From: Eledone cirrhosa
Lineage: Eukaryota
Reading direction: 5' to 3'
Assembly (NCBI GenBank): GCA_964016885.1
Contig: CAXHJY010001670.1
Location: 1 to 64,000 of the forward strand
DNA: 64,000 nucleotides
The translations under genes and the position numbers were made by a program. Each line of letters begins with the position of its first letter. Within the stretch, counting starts at the first letter, position 1. Positions 45,781 to 59,375 of the stretch are shown here, one piece after another. The notes beneath the pieces were generated by a model. That model did not search any database. It had not been told where the DNA came from and saw only the letters and a program-made list of their open reading frames with translations.

Positions 45781-46708
45781 TGTATGTATGTATGTATGTA
45801 TGTATGTATGTATGTTTTCTCTTTCTCTTAATTTTGAGTATATTTTTTTGACCGGCCACCTTCCTGGTGGCAAGTATGTATGTATGTATGTATGTATGTA
45901 TGTATGTATGTATGTATGTATGTATGTATGTATGTATGTATGTATGTATGTATGTGCAGTGCCTTTGCTGACTATAAAAGCTTCACGGCACAGGCATTGC
46001 TTTATATCTGGAGATCTCTCTGCACTTGTCATCACATTGTATCATGGGCCCAGCACTATGTGTCAATATTTGTCACAAGTGTAGTGTTTGTACCAGAGTT
46101 TTCAAGTCGCTGGCTGGACTAAAAAGTCACACTCGTTCAGCGCATCGGTAGGAGTTCTCCTACATGGATATAAAGTAGTGGCCGTACTCGAAAACGAGTT
46201 GGCAGCCACCATATATGTATGTATGTATGTATGCATGTATGTATGTATGTATGTATGTATGTATGTATGTATGTATGTATGTATGTATGCATGTATGTAT
46301 GTATGTATGTATGTATGTATGTATGTAGGCAGAATTCTAGGAGAAGGAAAACTCTGATATAACACCTGCAACCCTGATGGTATCCAATGATGTTGACTTG
46401 TTCTTCTTTTTGGTAAATATCATCTTGGTTAAGAGAGTGGGACTGGCTTTGTGCAGTGCCTTTGCTCACTATAAAAGCTTCACGGCACAGGCATTTTTTT
46501 TATATCTGGAGATCTCTCTGCACTTGTCATCACATGGTATCATGGGCCCAGCACTATGTGTCAATATTTGTCACAAGTGTAGTGTTTGTACCAGAGTTTT
46601 CAAGTTGCTGGCTGGACTAAAAAGTCACACTCGTTCAGCGCATCGGTAGGAGTCCTCCTACATGGATATAAAGTAGTGGCCGTACTCGAAAACGAGTTGG
46701 CAGCCACC

Positions 46709-46741
<33 letters not shown>

Positions 46742-46750
46742 TGTATGTTA
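45597..46750 (+). mobile_element. Further tandem RTE-like 3' fragments with (TGTA)n tails
   Basis: Three copies of the 26679 unit with different 5' truncations. Confidence 0.75.
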
Positions 46751-46751
46751 T

Positions 46752-46991
46752 ATCTCTTTCTCTTAATTTCGAGTATATTTTTTTGACCGGCCACCTTCCT
46801 GGTGGCAAGGTTGTAAAAGAAAAGAAATTGTTATCCCTTGAATCGCAAGAATGTTTTTCAAATTTTGAAGGTGCCAGCTATCGCAGCCATTTGTAGACTA
46901 TGAATTAGGGAGCTGCGCTTTTTGTCCGCAAATCCAAGTTCAGTCATACTTTGGTCCAAGCGGGTTGGTATATAACCCGTAGCTCCAATAA
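46752..46991 (-). pseudogene. 3' end of an RLE-type (R4/Dong/NeSL-like) retrotransposon
   Basis: IIGATGYIPTRLDQSMTELGF..LQMAAIAGTFKI resembles the RLE C-terminus seen at 57400-57570. Confidence 0.6.
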
Positions 46992-47055
46992 TGTATGTAT
47001 GTATGTATGTATGTATGTATGTATGTATGTATGTATGTATGTATGTATGTATGTA

Positions 47056-47108
<53 letters not shown>

Positions 47109-47125
47109 ATGTATGTATGTATGTA

Positions 47126-47156
<31 letters not shown>

Positions 47157-47204
47157 ATGTGTGTGTGTATGTGTGTGTGTGTGTGTGTGTGTATGTATCT
47201 GTGT

Positions 47205-47290
<86 letters not shown>

Positions 47291-47849
47291 GTGTGTATGT
47301 ATGTATGTATGTATGTATGTATGTACGTACGTACGTATGTATGTATGTATGTATGTATGTATGTATGTATGTATGTATGTATGTATGTATGTATGTATGT
47401 ATGTATGTATGTATGTATGTATGTATGTATGTATGCATGCATGTATGTGTGTGTGTAGTAGAACTATTACTCTAATAGAGCCTGATTCTGTGGTATTGGC
47501 CAACACAGCAAAACATTAAATAATCATTCTTGAATCAATGAACAATGAACATAAGTTAAGGAACGCAGGCGAAAGCTGTTAACTGCCGTCAGGCTGACCT
47601 GTAGCTTCAGTCGTTTGAAACCGAGGTCATCACGCGAGATCTTCACCTTCTACATGTTACTGTGCTGTCAAGAACAACTGTGCGACTAAGAATAACAGCC
47701 GCCATTGTCCGTCGTCTTTGTTAGTGATCGTGGAATCGTGGAATCGTGTTTACAAACATATACAAACACACACATACATGCATACATACATATATACATA
47801 CATATATACATAGATAGATGTGTGTATACATAGATATGTGTTTGAACGC

Positions 47850-47937
<88 letters not shown>

Positions 47938-48030
47938 CATACATCACACACACATATGTTAGGCTTATGTATTTGTTTTTCTGTGTGCATTTTCTGCTGA
48001 TTATATATATATATATATAATCAGCAGAAA

Positions 48031-48632
48031 ATGCCCGGGCGTCACCGACCTGTGGGGCTATGTAGAACGACTATTGTCGCGGGTGGGGCCAATCCAGTTG
48101 ACCACCGAGTCCATTGTCATGATCAAACCGCCACCCTCCTTCAAAAACGAAGGAGAGGCGGTTTTCCTTTGTGTGATAGCTATGGCGAAAGTGGTTGTAT
48201 GGTGGACGAGGTTGAAAGGGCTGAGGTCAGACACCTTTCTCTCCGGCCAACAACTGATTCTTTTTTTCAAATACCACTTTGGAAGAAGAATCAGGATGGA
48301 GAGAGAGGTGCTGTACCCCAGCAAGTTTTATGAAAGGTGGGTGAAAGTGGAGAGAATGGCCCGAGTGAATGGGCCTTCTCTCTATATCAGCCTGTAGGTT
48401 GAGGAAAAGGAGGAGGAGAGGAAAGGAGTACAAGCTCTTCGTACTCCTGGAGATGAGGGTTGCACATTTTTTTTCGGGGGTATGTGTTACCCATATAGAC
48501 TGTCTCCCTCTATTGGGGAAAATCGACTAACTTTTAAATTCCATCTGTGATAACATTTTACACGTTTTTATTGTATGTAAACTTCCCCCTTTGTATTTGT
48601 CCCCTTCTTTTGTGCCCCTGTGGCTAATAAAG

Positions 48633-48634
<2 letters not shown>
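48031..48634 (+). mobile_element. Tx1/L1-like LINE 3' fragment
   Basis: Homologous to 59635-59985; 3' UTR ends AATAAAGAAA(TA)n. Confidence 0.7.
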
Positions 48635-48691
<57 letters not shown>

Positions 48692-48696
<5 letters not shown>

Positions 48697-48870
48697 GAAA
48701 GAAGCTTTCGCCGTATGTTTGACTAAAGCAATTTTAGCCTGATAGTGGGGTTTAAAAGCCTCTTAAACCCTACTATAAGGCAAAAATCTCTTTAGTAAAA
48801 AATACGGCGGAAGCTTCTATTTCTACTAAATTTCCAAGTTCACTCGCTGTTTCAAAACAAATGTACCTTA
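48692..48870. mobile_element. Degenerate fold-back element in (TA)n, no hammerhead recognised
   Basis: Imperfect inverted arms TAGTAGAAAGAAGC..GCTTCTATTTCTACTA; relative at 53935-54045. Confidence 0.55.
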
Positions 48871-48873
48871 TAT

Positions 48874-48938
<65 letters not shown>

Positions 48939-48972
48939 TTACAATAATCAAAGTTCAGTTTAAATCATTTAT

Positions 48973-49021
48973 TTGCTTACAATTGTTTCCTCCAAACCGA
49001 GGTTTGGATTCTTCGGAGCAA
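48973..49021 (-). ncRNA. Hammerhead with C4 core variant (family G)
   Basis: Minus strand reads TTGCT CCGAAGA A TCCAAACC tc GGTTTGGA G GAAA CAATTG TA AGCAA. Confidence 0.65.
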
Positions 49022-49034
49022 CTATTTAGTGATC

Positions 49035-49537
49035 TATAACATACTTGTATTCCTGTCTGTTTGTTTGTTTGTTTGGTTGTTCACGAGCTACTCATATGGT
49101 TTTGGAGATAGGCCCCATAACCATATATAATCTGAAACAACATTGCCCCGGGTATTTGGATAAGTATATTTCATTTTAATCAAAGGGTTCCCCGGGGGCA
49201 CAAACCCAGGTTGAACATTTTTTCCCTTCGATTTATATGAAATTTAAACCATAGGTAAATGACAAGATATGATGCCTATTCACCAAAGTTTTGAATTGAT
49301 ATTATGAAAATAATTAGTTACGAGAAACAAAATAAAAATAAGATATAATAATGTAAATTTGATTCGATATATTACAAAAAATAATATTTTCCAGTTTTTC
49401 ATGCATTACATTTTACATTGAGTAATATTGAAATGCAGAGATTTTCTCCATAAATTATATCACTGATTTAAAATCAATCATCATTTTCTTACAAAAAAAA
49501 ATGATGTGTGAAACGTAGCAAGGCGCGGGTAATTCGG

Positions 49538-49541
<4 letters not shown>
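49035..49541 (+). mobile_element. Possible non-autonomous Helitron/Helentron-like element
   Basis: 5' (GTTT)n microsatellite and a GC-rich 3' end GGCGCGGGTAATTCGGCTA. Confidence 0.35.
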
Positions 49542-49584
<43 letters not shown>

Positions 49585-50151
49585 GTGTGTGTGTATGGGT
49601 GTATTGATATATTTATATATCTATATATAAACAACAGTTGACTTTAGGAGTATTGGGAAAACTTGAAATTTGGAGTGGAGATCGAGCTCCAAACCATTTA
49701 ATTGTGAGCAATATTCTTAACCACGTCACGATGTTCTGTAGCTCTTTAGAGCAGGTTAGCCGTCGCAGCCAAGGCCATACTGGAGCAATACTCGCATGGA
49801 GTCATCGTTCAATCGTAGTTAGATGACAAATAAATTCTATTTCATTAGATTCACATGTCAAACTTATATAAAATCGTAAGTAAATTATGAAGACACTTCC
49901 ATTGGAAATTGGCTGAGAGCCAGTAAACTGAGCGTTGTGTCACACGGGAGAGATTTGGCCATCAACTACGGAGGGAATTTAATTAAAATAGCACAACTGA
50001 TGTACATCTATTAATTATTGAAACGAATGTAAAGGGGGCAAAAGGAAATAAATAAATAAATCGATGTGCAATATGACAACAGTTGTGATTACATTGAGAG
50101 GTGATAAGTAGAAGACTTAAGTTCGATTCCCAACAGATGCCCTGATGTGCG

Positions 50152-50233
<82 letters not shown>

Positions 50234-50287
50234 CATACATATCAATATATACATATATATATACATACATACATATATATACATGCA

Positions 50288-50319
<32 letters not shown>

Positions 50320-50386
50320 CATGCATATATATATATATACATATATATATATACATACATATATATATATATACATACATATATAT

Positions 50387-50425
<39 letters not shown>

Positions 50426-50438
50426 TATACATACATAC

Positions 50439-50527
<89 letters not shown>

Positions 50528-50542
50528 CCTACATATATATAT

Positions 50543-50591
<49 letters not shown>

Positions 50592-51159
50592 CATATATAT
50601 ATATAAAATAAAATAAAATAAATAAGTCAAATGTTTAAAATTTGGCTTCGTTTATTACTGCTATATATATTTCGGTGACAGCCATCTTTGGCTGTGACTT
50701 CTTCAGGCAATTCCGAATTAGTGTGGTAGAGACGAGTACACATGTTGTTGAGGTGTATAATTTTGTCAATACTCTGATATGCCCAGTTCCTGGTTAGGTT
50801 GTTATTTCACTGAGGAACTGGAATCATATGAATTTAAACAAACGAATTTCAGTGCCAAAGGGCCTCTTCTCTTCTCATTGGTCAGTTGTTAGAACATTCC
50901 TCAGTCAAAAGTCTATAGAAATTCGTTCTGAGGCAAGCCAATCTGTAGTTGTTGTTCTTTTTATTGTTAGGTACATCTGACCTCTATTCTTATGTTGGTA
51001 GTGGTGTTGTTGTTGGAGTCAGCTTAAAAAAAGGTGATAAAGTGGTAGAAGGAATAAGATGGTAAAGGAACAAAATAAAATAAAATAATCGAATAAAATG
51101 TGTGTGTGTGTTATACCCATCTCAATGTTATAAAGATTTGTAAGGTCAAACTTGTAACA

Positions 51160-51642
51160 GACCACCATGTAACACCTAACGAGAACCCCAATCTAGGCAC
51201 GCAGAGGTCGACTACCCTCTGCAACTGCAGAAACCCCGAATCATGCCCCCTTGGTAATGAATGCCTTAAGAAGAACCTAGTATACGGTTGTAGGGTTAAA
51301 ACCCCCAACTCCGAAAACCTCTACATAGGAGCCACATCCACGAGCTTTAAAGACCGCTGGTATAACCATCGCCATTCCTTCAATAAGGAGGCCAAAAGGA
51401 AAAGTACGGCTCTCTCCGACCTGATCTGGAAGCTTAAGCTGGACAGGACCCCGTACTCTCTGGCCTGGTCCATAATCAGGAAAGTACCACCCGATAAAGG
51501 GGGATATTGCATATGCAAACTATGTCTGACCGAGACCCTCGAGATACTAAGAGGTGGAAGCGGCCTGATAAACCTCAGAACCGACTTCTTCGGGACATGC
51601 AGACACCTCAGGACCGGGGCCTTCCTCAAGATATATGGATAG
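51160..51642 (+). pseudogene. GIY-YIG endonuclease domain (C-terminus of Penelope-like ORF)
   Basis: CNCRNPESCPL..LVY..YIGATSTSFKDRWYNH..TALS..IW..WSII..CKLCLTE..LINLR..CRH; no RT upstream. Confidence 0.85.
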
Positions 51643-52627
51643 TAGCAACACAATAAGATGTGAACACCCCTCAAGCTATAGGGACTTCTCCAGCACATGT
51701 AGACACCTCTCGGCCAGACCTCCCTCAAGCTATATGGGCAGTAACAACACCATAGGTTGGGAACTCCCCTCAAGCCATAGGGACTAACCCAGGCTGAGCA
51801 GACACCATGATAGCCTAGAGATTGAGTCTGACACAGCCTTTATAATTTGGCCAACATCTTTATAACACACACACATTTTAATTTACTTGATTTTTGATTT
51901 TTGATTTCTCATTATTCATTTGTTATTTGTTTTTTGTTTTCTTCACTTTATCACCTTATATTTATATTTAAGTTGAGATTGGTTATAACACACACACACA
52001 TTTTATTTGATTATCCTTTTTCGTTTTATTCTTTTACCATCTTGTTCCTCCTACCACTCTATCCAACATATTTCTGACCTTGAGATTGGTTATAGCACAC
52101 ACACATTTTATCTTATTTTATTTGAATCTTCATTTTTATTTTTCACTTCTCATCTTCATTTTTCATTTTCCATATTCATTCTTCATTACTTTTTCATTAC
52201 TCTTTCATTAATTTTTCATTAATTTTTCATTTCTTCTCTATTTATTATTTATTTTCTGTTTTCTTCATTTCATTTCATTTTATTGCCTTCTATTTCTTCA
52301 TATACATGACAGAATGCCCACCCCCCCATCCACCCCACTACCAACATAAGAATAGAAGTCAGATGTACCTAACAATAACAAGAACAACAACTACAGATTG
52401 GCTTGCCTCAGAACGAATTTCTATAGACTTTTGACTGAGGAATGTTCTAACAACTGACCAATGGGAAGAGAAGAGGCCCTTTGACACTGAAATTCGTTTG
52501 TTTAAATTCATATGATTCCAGTTCCTCAGTGAAATAACAACCCAACCAGGAACTGGGCATATCAGAGTATTGACAAAGTTATACACCTCAACAACATGTG
52601 TACTCGTCTCTACCACACTAATTCGGA

Positions 52628-52682
52628 ATTGCCTGAAGAAGTCACAGCCAAAGATGGCTGTCACCGAAATATATATAGCAGT
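52628..52682 (+). ncRNA. Type-I hammerhead in the Penelope-like pseudo-LTR
   Basis: ATTGC CTGAAGA A GTCACAGCCA aaga TGGCTGTCAC C GAAA TATATA TA GCAGT; mirror copy on minus at 50657-50711. Confidence 0.8.
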
Positions 52683-52826
52683 AATAAACGAAGCCAAATT
52701 TTAAACATTTGACTTATTTATTTTATTTTATTTTACATTACTCCGGAGTAACGAAACCAACCTGCGCACTTCGTCGAGTGCTCCAATCTGCATACTGAGG
52801 TGTTGGTATACAACCAACATATACTC

Positions 52827-52906
<80 letters not shown>

Positions 52907-53170
52907 ATTGTTTCTACTTTTGGCACAAGGCCAGCAATTACTGGTACTTTATTTTATCGACCCCGTAAGGATGAAAGGCAAAGTAAACCTCGGCGGGATT
53001 TGAACTCAGAATGGCAAGGACCGTAACTGTATGCGTCAAAGCATGGCGTCCGACCCTCTACCGATACTGCCAATACACCGTTGGTGTACAATGGTGAGGT
53101 GTGTTTGTGCGTGTATTTCATTCGTTTGAAATCATATACATACAAACATGTATTCATAAATACAATCGTG

Positions 53171-53217
<47 letters not shown>

Positions 53218-53844
53218 TATTGTACATTAATATATGTTGATATACAATGGTGTGGAGTGTGTGTATGTGTGTGTGTGTGAAGGAATCTGTAACAGTGTAA
53301 GTGTGTAGCTGTGTGTGTAGTTGTGTGTGTAACTGTATACTAATGTAGCTATACAGGTGTGTGCGGCGTTTGTGTGAATCTATAATAACTCGGACAAACG
53401 CTTGTCATTTTATATTAACAACACACAGAACTTTCAGGAAGATATCCAACAGTGTGACTCAATGAAATACGAAATAATATTGGAATGATAATTAAATTAG
53501 TGGACCTTCACTGTCTTAGAGCTGTTTAAATACTTTAACACCAGAGATTACACTTGCATAATTAATTGGAGCAGAGCTCTTCCTTTACCTACTACAAGCA
53601 ATATTCTGCTGGGAATTATATTTCAATCAGATTATTCAGAAATGGAAATCAATTATGATCAGATCAAATTCTAGAAAGTATGATTGTTTTTTTTTGTTTT
53701 TTTTAATAATTTTTTTTGACAAGGAAAAACTCAATTTTCTGATAAGAAAATACACACTCAATGATATTATTGATATTCGCAATTCGATACACACAGACAA
53801 CACACACACACACACACGCACGCACACGCACACGCACACGCGCG

Positions 53845-53926
<82 letters not shown>

Positions 53927-54069
53927 ACACACAAAAGTATGTTTTGAAACAGCGAGCAAGTTTGAAATTAGAAAATAGAAGGTTTCACCGTAATTTTTTT
54001 ACTAAAGAAATTTTAGCCTGATAGTGGGGTTTAGAACCCTCAGAGAAATGGAAAAAGATGAGTATTGAC

Positions 54070-54116
<47 letters not shown>

Positions 54117-54184
54117 TGTGTCCGTGTGTGTGTATGTATCTACTTATATATACATACGTATGTGTGAGTAATCTATATATATAA

Positions 54185-54297
54185 GTGGCTTCTACAGGAC
54201 TAGAACCTTTTCATTCGAAGGAAATCATCATGAAAGCCCTGGTGATTTCCTTCGAATGAAACAGTTGTAGTCTTGTAGAAGCCATTTCTATATTAAA
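54185..54297. mobile_element. Decayed family-B fold-back element
   Basis: GGCTTCTACAGGACTAGAAC..GAAACAGTTGTAGTCTTGTAGAAGCC; core mutated to CTGGTGA. Confidence 0.65.
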
Positions 54298-54311
54298 CAT
54301 TTGTAGCATTG

Positions 54312-54805
54312 TAGGAGGAAAACTGGAAGAGGGCATTTGCCCTAGCGGTCAGGGTAACCGTGGCTTTTATTGTGGGCTTTCTCCACGAGCAACCCTCGGA
54401 GGTCTCCCTCCTATTGGGAATTTTTCATTGTTTCCTTTTGTTACACTCTGTTTTCGTGTTTTTTTTACACGCAGAAATGCCCATTTGTATTGTCCTGTAT
54501 TGTCCTTAATGTTATACTTTGTGTCAACCCTTATGGTTAATAAAGAAAGCATGTGTCTGTAAATTAAAGGTGGAAAACTGGGAGAGGGCACTTGCCCTGG
54601 TGGTCAGGGCCACTGTGGTCTTTTAATGGGCTTTCTCCACAAATGTCCCTCGGAAGTCTCCCCCTTATTGGGGAATTTTTCTTTGTTATTTTATTTCAAC
54701 CTCTGTTTTTTTTACACGCAGAAATGCCCATTTGTACCGTCCTGTATTGTCCTGTACTGTCCTTAATGTCTACTTTATGTAAACCCTTGTGGTTAATAAA
54801 GAAAA

Positions 54806-54855
<50 letters not shown>
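54312..54855 (+). mobile_element. Two tandem Tx1-like 3' UTRs, the second with an (ATT)n tail
   Basis: GGGCA.TTGCCCT.G.GGTCAGGG..GGTTAATAAAGAAA, shared with 60010-60280. Confidence 0.65.
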
Positions 54856-54863
<8 letters not shown>

Positions 54864-55191
54864 GTCATATTGATTAAATTATTCGCCATTCAAGCAGCTG
54901 TTTCTGCTTCTACTATCGATTCTCCAGCGGGAACATTATTCTTCTTTTAATGACCTGACCTCTCATATTTGGCAAATCTGTAATTATTAATGCACTGAAT
55001 CGTGTTCGATATCGACAGCCATTAAGTCACTGCCACTGTAACTAGCCACAACTCGGAAGATTTTGCATTCATGCAAAACTGTCTCTTTTTACTTAACTAG
55101 ATATCTATTCTTTTCTTCTTCTTTTGTTGTCGTTGTTGTTGTGTATGACAGTAGGATAAAATGGACGGAGAGCGAAAGAGAGAGGGAGAAG

Positions 55192-55242
<51 letters not shown>

Positions 55243-55314
55243 CGAAGGAAATGTGGTAAGGAACCAGGTGGACCATAACGCACCAAAGTACTCAATACTT
55301 AGGGTAGTAGAGTG

Positions 55315-55365
<51 letters not shown>

Positions 55366-55811
55366 ATGTGTGTGTGTGTATGATATTAAAAAGGGAACAA
55401 AGAATCAATGTGTATGTATATATACATACACATACACACCAAACACATATGGGCAGTCATAAATGTAGTTAGATAGACAGATATATAATTATATATATAT
55501 ATATATATATATAATAAAAAATTGAACAGGGACAGAACAGAGAGGCAGTACGACAAATGTTTATTAGATTCACGCTCAGGAGAGTGGGGGGTAGCTCTCC
55601 GTCCATTTTATCCTACTGTCATACACAACAACAACGACAACAAAAGAAGAAGAAAAGAATAGATATATATATATAATACATGTGTGTGTGTGTGTGTGTA
55701 GGTAGGTAGATAGATGGGAAGCTAAAAAGCTAGATTCTTGGAAAGAGACAGGGAGGGTGAGGGTGGGGTGGGGGAAGAGAGCGTCGGAAGGAGATAGAAA
55801 AGATGATGGTA

Positions 55812-55858
<47 letters not shown>

Positions 55859-56619
55859 GTGTATGCTGGAGGAAAATCGTCTGGGCTTTTTTTTTTTTCA
55901 AGGAAAATCTTGGACTCATTAAAAATATTGGAGTATATTATTATTGCAGTTTATATTTGAGTATATCGTTAAAGAAGATACCGGAATTAGCAATTTACTT
56001 CCTATCTACGTGTTTGATTGATTCTGTAGTGAAGTGGAGCAGACGCCATTGTATGAAGCTTTAAGATTGGTTGAGAGTGTCGTCTGCTTGTGTGAGGGGG
56101 GAACAGACGCTATTGTGTGAAGTTTTAAGATTGGTTGAGAGTGTCGTCTGCTTGTGTGAGGGGAAACATCTGGAAAATTCCGATCATGGTGATTAGTAAG
56201 TGTGTAGTTTGTGTTGAATAGTGATGTGTGTATATGTAGTGAAGTATGTGGTGTGAGTGTGAGAGTGTATATGATATGCATATGTGTAAAAGTATGAATG
56301 TGTTTCTGTGTATGTATGTATATATATATAAATACATGTATGTATGTATGTATGTATGTATGTATGTATGTATGTATGTATGTATGTATGTATGTATGTA
56401 TGTATATGTCCATTTGCATGTTTTAACCCTGACCAATTAAACCATTATTCAGCTGCCAGTATGTCTCAAATGTGTCCAATATAGTGTTATTTGTGTCGCC
56501 ATGTTTGACCCTTCACTGGCCAGCTTCGATCTTTCCAACAGATCACCATTAATAAGAATATTCGATTAACGTAGACTTGAGAGCAATATAGCCATAATTT
56601 TTACCTTTCACTGTTGTAA

Positions 56620-57160
56620 TATGGCGACGAATTGCCAGAAACGTTACAACGTCTGATAGAGTGCTTTGTGACATTTGTTTCAGCTCTCTGAGCTCTTCGA
56701 GTTCAAATCCTGCCGAGGTCAACTTTGCCTTTCATCCATTCAAGGTGGAAATATAAATTACCTCTCTAGTACTGGGGTCAATTCTACCTCTCTATCTCTT
56801 TATCACTTTCTATCCTTCTCTGGAAGAAATCTGCTGTGTTGAGACCTGGTAAGGATATGGGCTTCGACAGGTTTAAAAAATGCCATAGAAACGCTGTATG
56901 TCAATACGACACCTTTACGACTCCACCAGGAGTTACGGGACCATACATATATAAAAATTACCTCTCTAGTACTGGGGTCAATTTTCCCTCTATATCTCTT
57001 TATCACTTTCTCTCTTTCACTTTCTATTCTTCTCTGGAAGAAATCTGCTGTGTTGAGACTTGGTAAGGATATGGGCTCCGACAGGTTTAAAAAATGCCAT
57101 AGAAACGCTGTATGTCAATACGACACCTTTACGTCCCCACCAGGAGTTACGGGACCATAT
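56620..57160 (+). mobile_element. SINE plus a tandemly duplicated segment of about 200 bp
   Basis: B box at about 56700; 56756-56945 is repeated at 56956-57158. Confidence 0.65.
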
Positions 57161-57177
57161 ATACATACATATACATA

Positions 57178-57780
57178 ATATGAAAGAGTACTGGTGGAAT
57201 GTTCCAGTAAAAACCCCAATAAAATGCAGGCATAACAGACCTGATATAATGATATGGGACAGGGAAAAGAAGGCATGCACGGTTGTGGAAGTTAGCTGCT
57301 CAACAAATGCCAATATAATATTAAAGATTAGTGAAAAGGAGAATATCTATGCAGAACTAATGCGAATCTACAGATACTCCACCCTGACTATACCTTCAAA
57401 TTATGCCTGTGTTATTGGGGCACTGGGATATGTTAGTAACTGCCTCAGTACAAATCTTGAGAAGCTGGGCTTCACAGGAACAGAAAGAACACGACTAGTT
57501 AGAAAATTACAAGTACAATCCATTAATGGAACAGTAAAAATATGTAAAACATTCCAAAAATTCTGCATCTAATAACTGCATATACATTTGTACAGATACA
57601 AAGCATATTCACATGTACACATAACTCAAAACATCCACATCCACACATACAATAACATCCATACCTGCACACACATGCAGAGATGCATACATATCTATCT
57701 AGTTGATGTTGTTTAAATCCCAATGAGAGAGTCATGTGTCTATGTTAGAAACCGACTCTCTCTCTATTGGCAAACATTTA
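57178..57780 (+). pseudogene. RLE (PD-(D/E)xK) endonuclease domain of an R4/Dong/NeSL-like retrotransposon
   Basis: WWNVPVKT..HNRPDIMIWD..TVVEVSC..EKENIYAEL..VIGALG. Confidence 0.75.
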
Positions 57781-59375
57781 TAAAATTATAAAACCAGAAG
57801 AATATACATACATACATGCATGCATACACACATACACACACATACCGTAATATTTGAAAGTGCGTGGTTTAGTGGATAGAGAGCTGGATTCTCAATCTGA
57901 ATCGGCCATCGCCTTTCTCTTGGACAACATGGATGACGTGGAGAAGGAAGACTGGTATGCATGGACGACTGCTGGTCTTCCATAAACAATCTTTCCTCGG
58001 AAAGGAACTTTTTTGGTGTAAATCCCTTTGTCGGTCGCAACCGAAGGATATTTTTTAACCCTTTAGCATTTAAACCGGCCGTATCCGGCCAGATTTCTCT
58101 CACCTCTTTCTATTCAAACTGGCTTTAATTGGCCACTCATACTGATGTTAAGGTACTGTTCTCAAAATAGATATCAAAATCTCATAGATTCGATATTATG
58201 TGAAATAAAGTCTTCACCAAAAAAATATAATAGTATATATAGAGTAATGTGAATGCTAAAGGATTAAAGCATTAAATATTTCTGTTAGCATTTTACGTGT
58301 CTCTGTTAAGTATTTTAACCTGCATTTAGGATCTTATAACTTCTAGTTGTTTTCATTTGTTTGTTTTATTCTGTGATTCTGGATTATTTCTTGTGATGTT
58401 ATATTCTCGTGATTGTTGAAGTGCTTCGTTCGTTGGTTTAAACAATTTCATCCATACTGCTGTTCATACTCCTCTCCAGAATTTTCCCTTTTCTTGCTGT
58501 TGTTTCTCAATTGATATCTGCTTTATTTAAAACCAAGTTCTTGATAAAATCATTTTGGGTTAGAGTTAGACAGTTTGTTTAGTTCAAAGAATCGTTGTCG
58601 TTTTTCATACCGATGGATTCTTTGTAATTTAGCTAGGATCTCTTGTTTCAGTCTTTCTTTGATTTATAGTACTTCTTTTATATTAGATTTCTAAAGCATT
58701 TGTCTCTCCATTCCGGTTATTTCTTTTCCTTAATGATTTCACTAACGATTCAAAGAATTTTTTCTTTCCTGTCCTTTCCTGTATGTTTGGTTTTCATGTT
58801 TGTTCGGATTCTCATATTCCCATATGAGAAGTTCTGAGGAAATAACCAATTTTCTTTGTAACAAACGTGACTTCTACTTATATTATTTCGTTCAACCCGG
58901 AGATATTGATGGATATTTTATTTTGTACATTTATATTTTAATTTTTTATATTTTATTTTTTATTTTTTACATTTTTGTTGTTTGTTTTGCCTTCGTTATT
59001 TGTTATGTATTTTTCCTTTTAAGTGTATTTTTATTATTTACTTTCAATTTTCGATATGTTTTGTTGACGTTGAGAATATATTTTCCTAAGTCAGCTCGTC
59101 TGTTTGTGTCCATTGCTACGTATAGATCAGAATTATTCTCATTCCCTTCAGCCACTCTCATGTTAATTTCAGAAGCAGGCAGTTTTGTTGAGTGAATCAA
59201 CAGGAGCACTTGTCGTCGAAAACGACGGCGGGTCCAACAACAACCACACACACATGCGCGCGCGCGCGCCTGTGTGTGTCTTTGTGTGTATATATACGTA
59301 TTTTCCTGTATATATATACGGCTTTCAAGGTATCCGATCCAGTGCAGATATTATTACTATTATTGGGCTAGTGGA

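Larger units (their letters stand above)
50604..52828 (+). mobile_element. 5'-truncated Penelope-like element with inverted pseudo-LTR
   Basis: About 400-bp inverted repeats 50604-51003 and 52335-52734, further inverted match about 51030-51125 vs 51975-52065; encloses a GIY-YIG ORF; hammerhead in each arm. Confidence 0.85.

Noticed and set aside
52359-52697. 112-aa minus-strand ORF
   Set aside because: Antisense of the pseudo-LTR; the mirror copy has a stop (TAG near 50794).
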